Shown one piece after another: positions 53,246-53,848 of a stretch of 53,848 nucleotides of DNA. Numbering within the stretch: the stretch's first letter is position 1; each line of letters begins with the position of its first letter. The translations under genes and the position numbers were made by a program. The notes beneath the pieces were generated by a model, which was not told the origin of the DNA, did no database searches, and worked only from the letters and a program-made list of their open reading frames with translations. This stretch comes from Pseudomonadota bacterium. GTDB lineage: Bacteria > Desulfobacterota > Syntrophorhabdia > Syntrophorhabdales > Syntrophorhabdaceae. The DNA is taken from contig JAPLKF010000164.1 in assembly GCA_026388215.1 (NCBI GenBank), positions 1 through 53,848 of the forward strand. The letters are read 5' to 3'.

Positions 53246-53848
53246 AACTAAAGGATCCTTTCAACATGGTAATTTGTGGTACCGGTGGTCAAGGCAATGT
53301 CCTTCTAGCCCGTCTTCTTGGCCAGATTTTTGCCACTAAGGGGTACAAAGTCATTGTTGGAGAAACGTTCGGTGCCGCGCAGCGTGGCGGATCGGTGTTT
53401 AGCGGGCTCAGGCTATCCCGGGTAAGAACGTACGGCCCCCTAATACCGAAATGGCGAGCACAAGTAGTCATTGGCCTTGAGCCGTTAGAATCGTTACGCA
53501 TGCTTAGTAGATTTGGGAACTCGGAAGTGGTGACGATAACGAATACCCTTCCGGTTTACCCGCTCACTGTGGGGGGTGGAAATCAAGGATATCCAGACTT
53601 GGGACAGGTCGAGAAGGCTATTCGAACACTTTCTCTTCGCGTATGGTTTGTCCCGGCTACGGATATTGCAGTTCAGCTCGGTTCTCCCATTATGACGAAT
53701 ATGGTCATGCTGGGAGCCCTGCTCGGGAGCAAAGTATTGCCGCTGGAATTTCAGGACGTCGAGCAAGGCGTTGCGAAAACAGGTAATACTGCGCAGGTTG
53801 GAGCTAATTTACGCGCCGTACAAGAGGGATATCGCTTTGTGACGCAAG
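53242..53848 (+). CDS. iorB: Indolepyruvate:ferredoxin oxidoreductase beta subunit (IorB-type), 3' end off window
   Basis: Absent from the ORF track because it is edge-truncated. ATG 53242 overlaps the iorA stop (ATGA). My translation MKLKDPFNMVICGTGGQGNVLLARLLGQIFATKGYKVIVGETFGAAQRGGSV... is the POR-gamma/IorB-type domain. Confidence 0.75.
   Translation, partial: MKLKDPFNMVICGTGGQGNVLLARLLGQIFATKGYKVIVGETFGAAQRGGSVFSGLRLSRVRTYGPLIPKWRAQVVIGLEPLESLRMLSRFGNSEVVTITNTLPVYPLTVGGGNQGYPDLGQVEKAIRTLSLRVWFVPATDIAVQLGSPIMTNMVMLGALLGSKVLPLEFQDVEQGVAKTGNTAQVGANLRAVQEGYRFVTQ

Noticed and set aside
38129-53501. Numerous shadow ORFs across the G+C-rich segment (e.g. 38138..38584, 40001..40636, 41705..42199, 42184..42696, 45757..46179, 50038..50499, 52690..53220).
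   Set aside because: The reasoning is the same as for the thiolase shadow ORFs: each overlaps a gene with clear family motifs on the other strand or frame.

Overview
A 53.8-kb bacterial chromosomal window whose gene content points to a strict anaerobe (HgdC-type activase, IorAB, class II RNR, FTR-like reductase, SelB). Composition is visibly mosaic. From 1 to about 37.5 kb the DNA is A+T-rich (roughly 40% G+C from hand counts of a few lines), broken by one G+C-rich thiolase gene at 11.9-13.3 kb. From about 38.0 kb to the end it is G+C-rich (roughly mid-50s %). In order, the window holds: (i) an acyl-CoA cluster (CoA-transferase A/B, TAXI-TRAP transporter, orphan activase, orphan biotin carrier, acyl-CoA dehydrogenase, Hbd, crotonase, thiolase); (ii) envelope genes (PagL-like, secreted SNase-like nuclease overlapping an ExeA-like ATPase); (iii) selB beside a secreted metzincin-like ORF split by one in-frame TGA with a SECIS-like hairpin; (iv) a Lys-less aminotransferase-fold gene, 5'-nucleotidase and HDAC-like deacetylase; (v) an accessory patch (hicBA between two attC/REP-like palindromes, an IS110-family element, an AAA ATPase, an inverted-repeat-bounded 284-bp element, lexA, and an HNH-HIT-nucleoside phosphorylase operon); (vi) redox and housekeeping genes; (vii) a 3'-truncated nrdJ and a decayed hydrolase exactly at the composition junction; (viii) an IclR-led operon of unclear pathway (GltD-like reductase, a 481-aa unknown, a NadC/ModD-like PRTase, a MoCF/CinA-like protein, a FAH-family hydratase), followed by a Liv-type ABC importer and IorAB. 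I recognised no rRNA, tRNA or CRISPR array. The best leads are the candidate selenoprotein, the IclR operon, the mosaic junctions, and a family of intergenic palindromes built from tandem 7-8-nt words.
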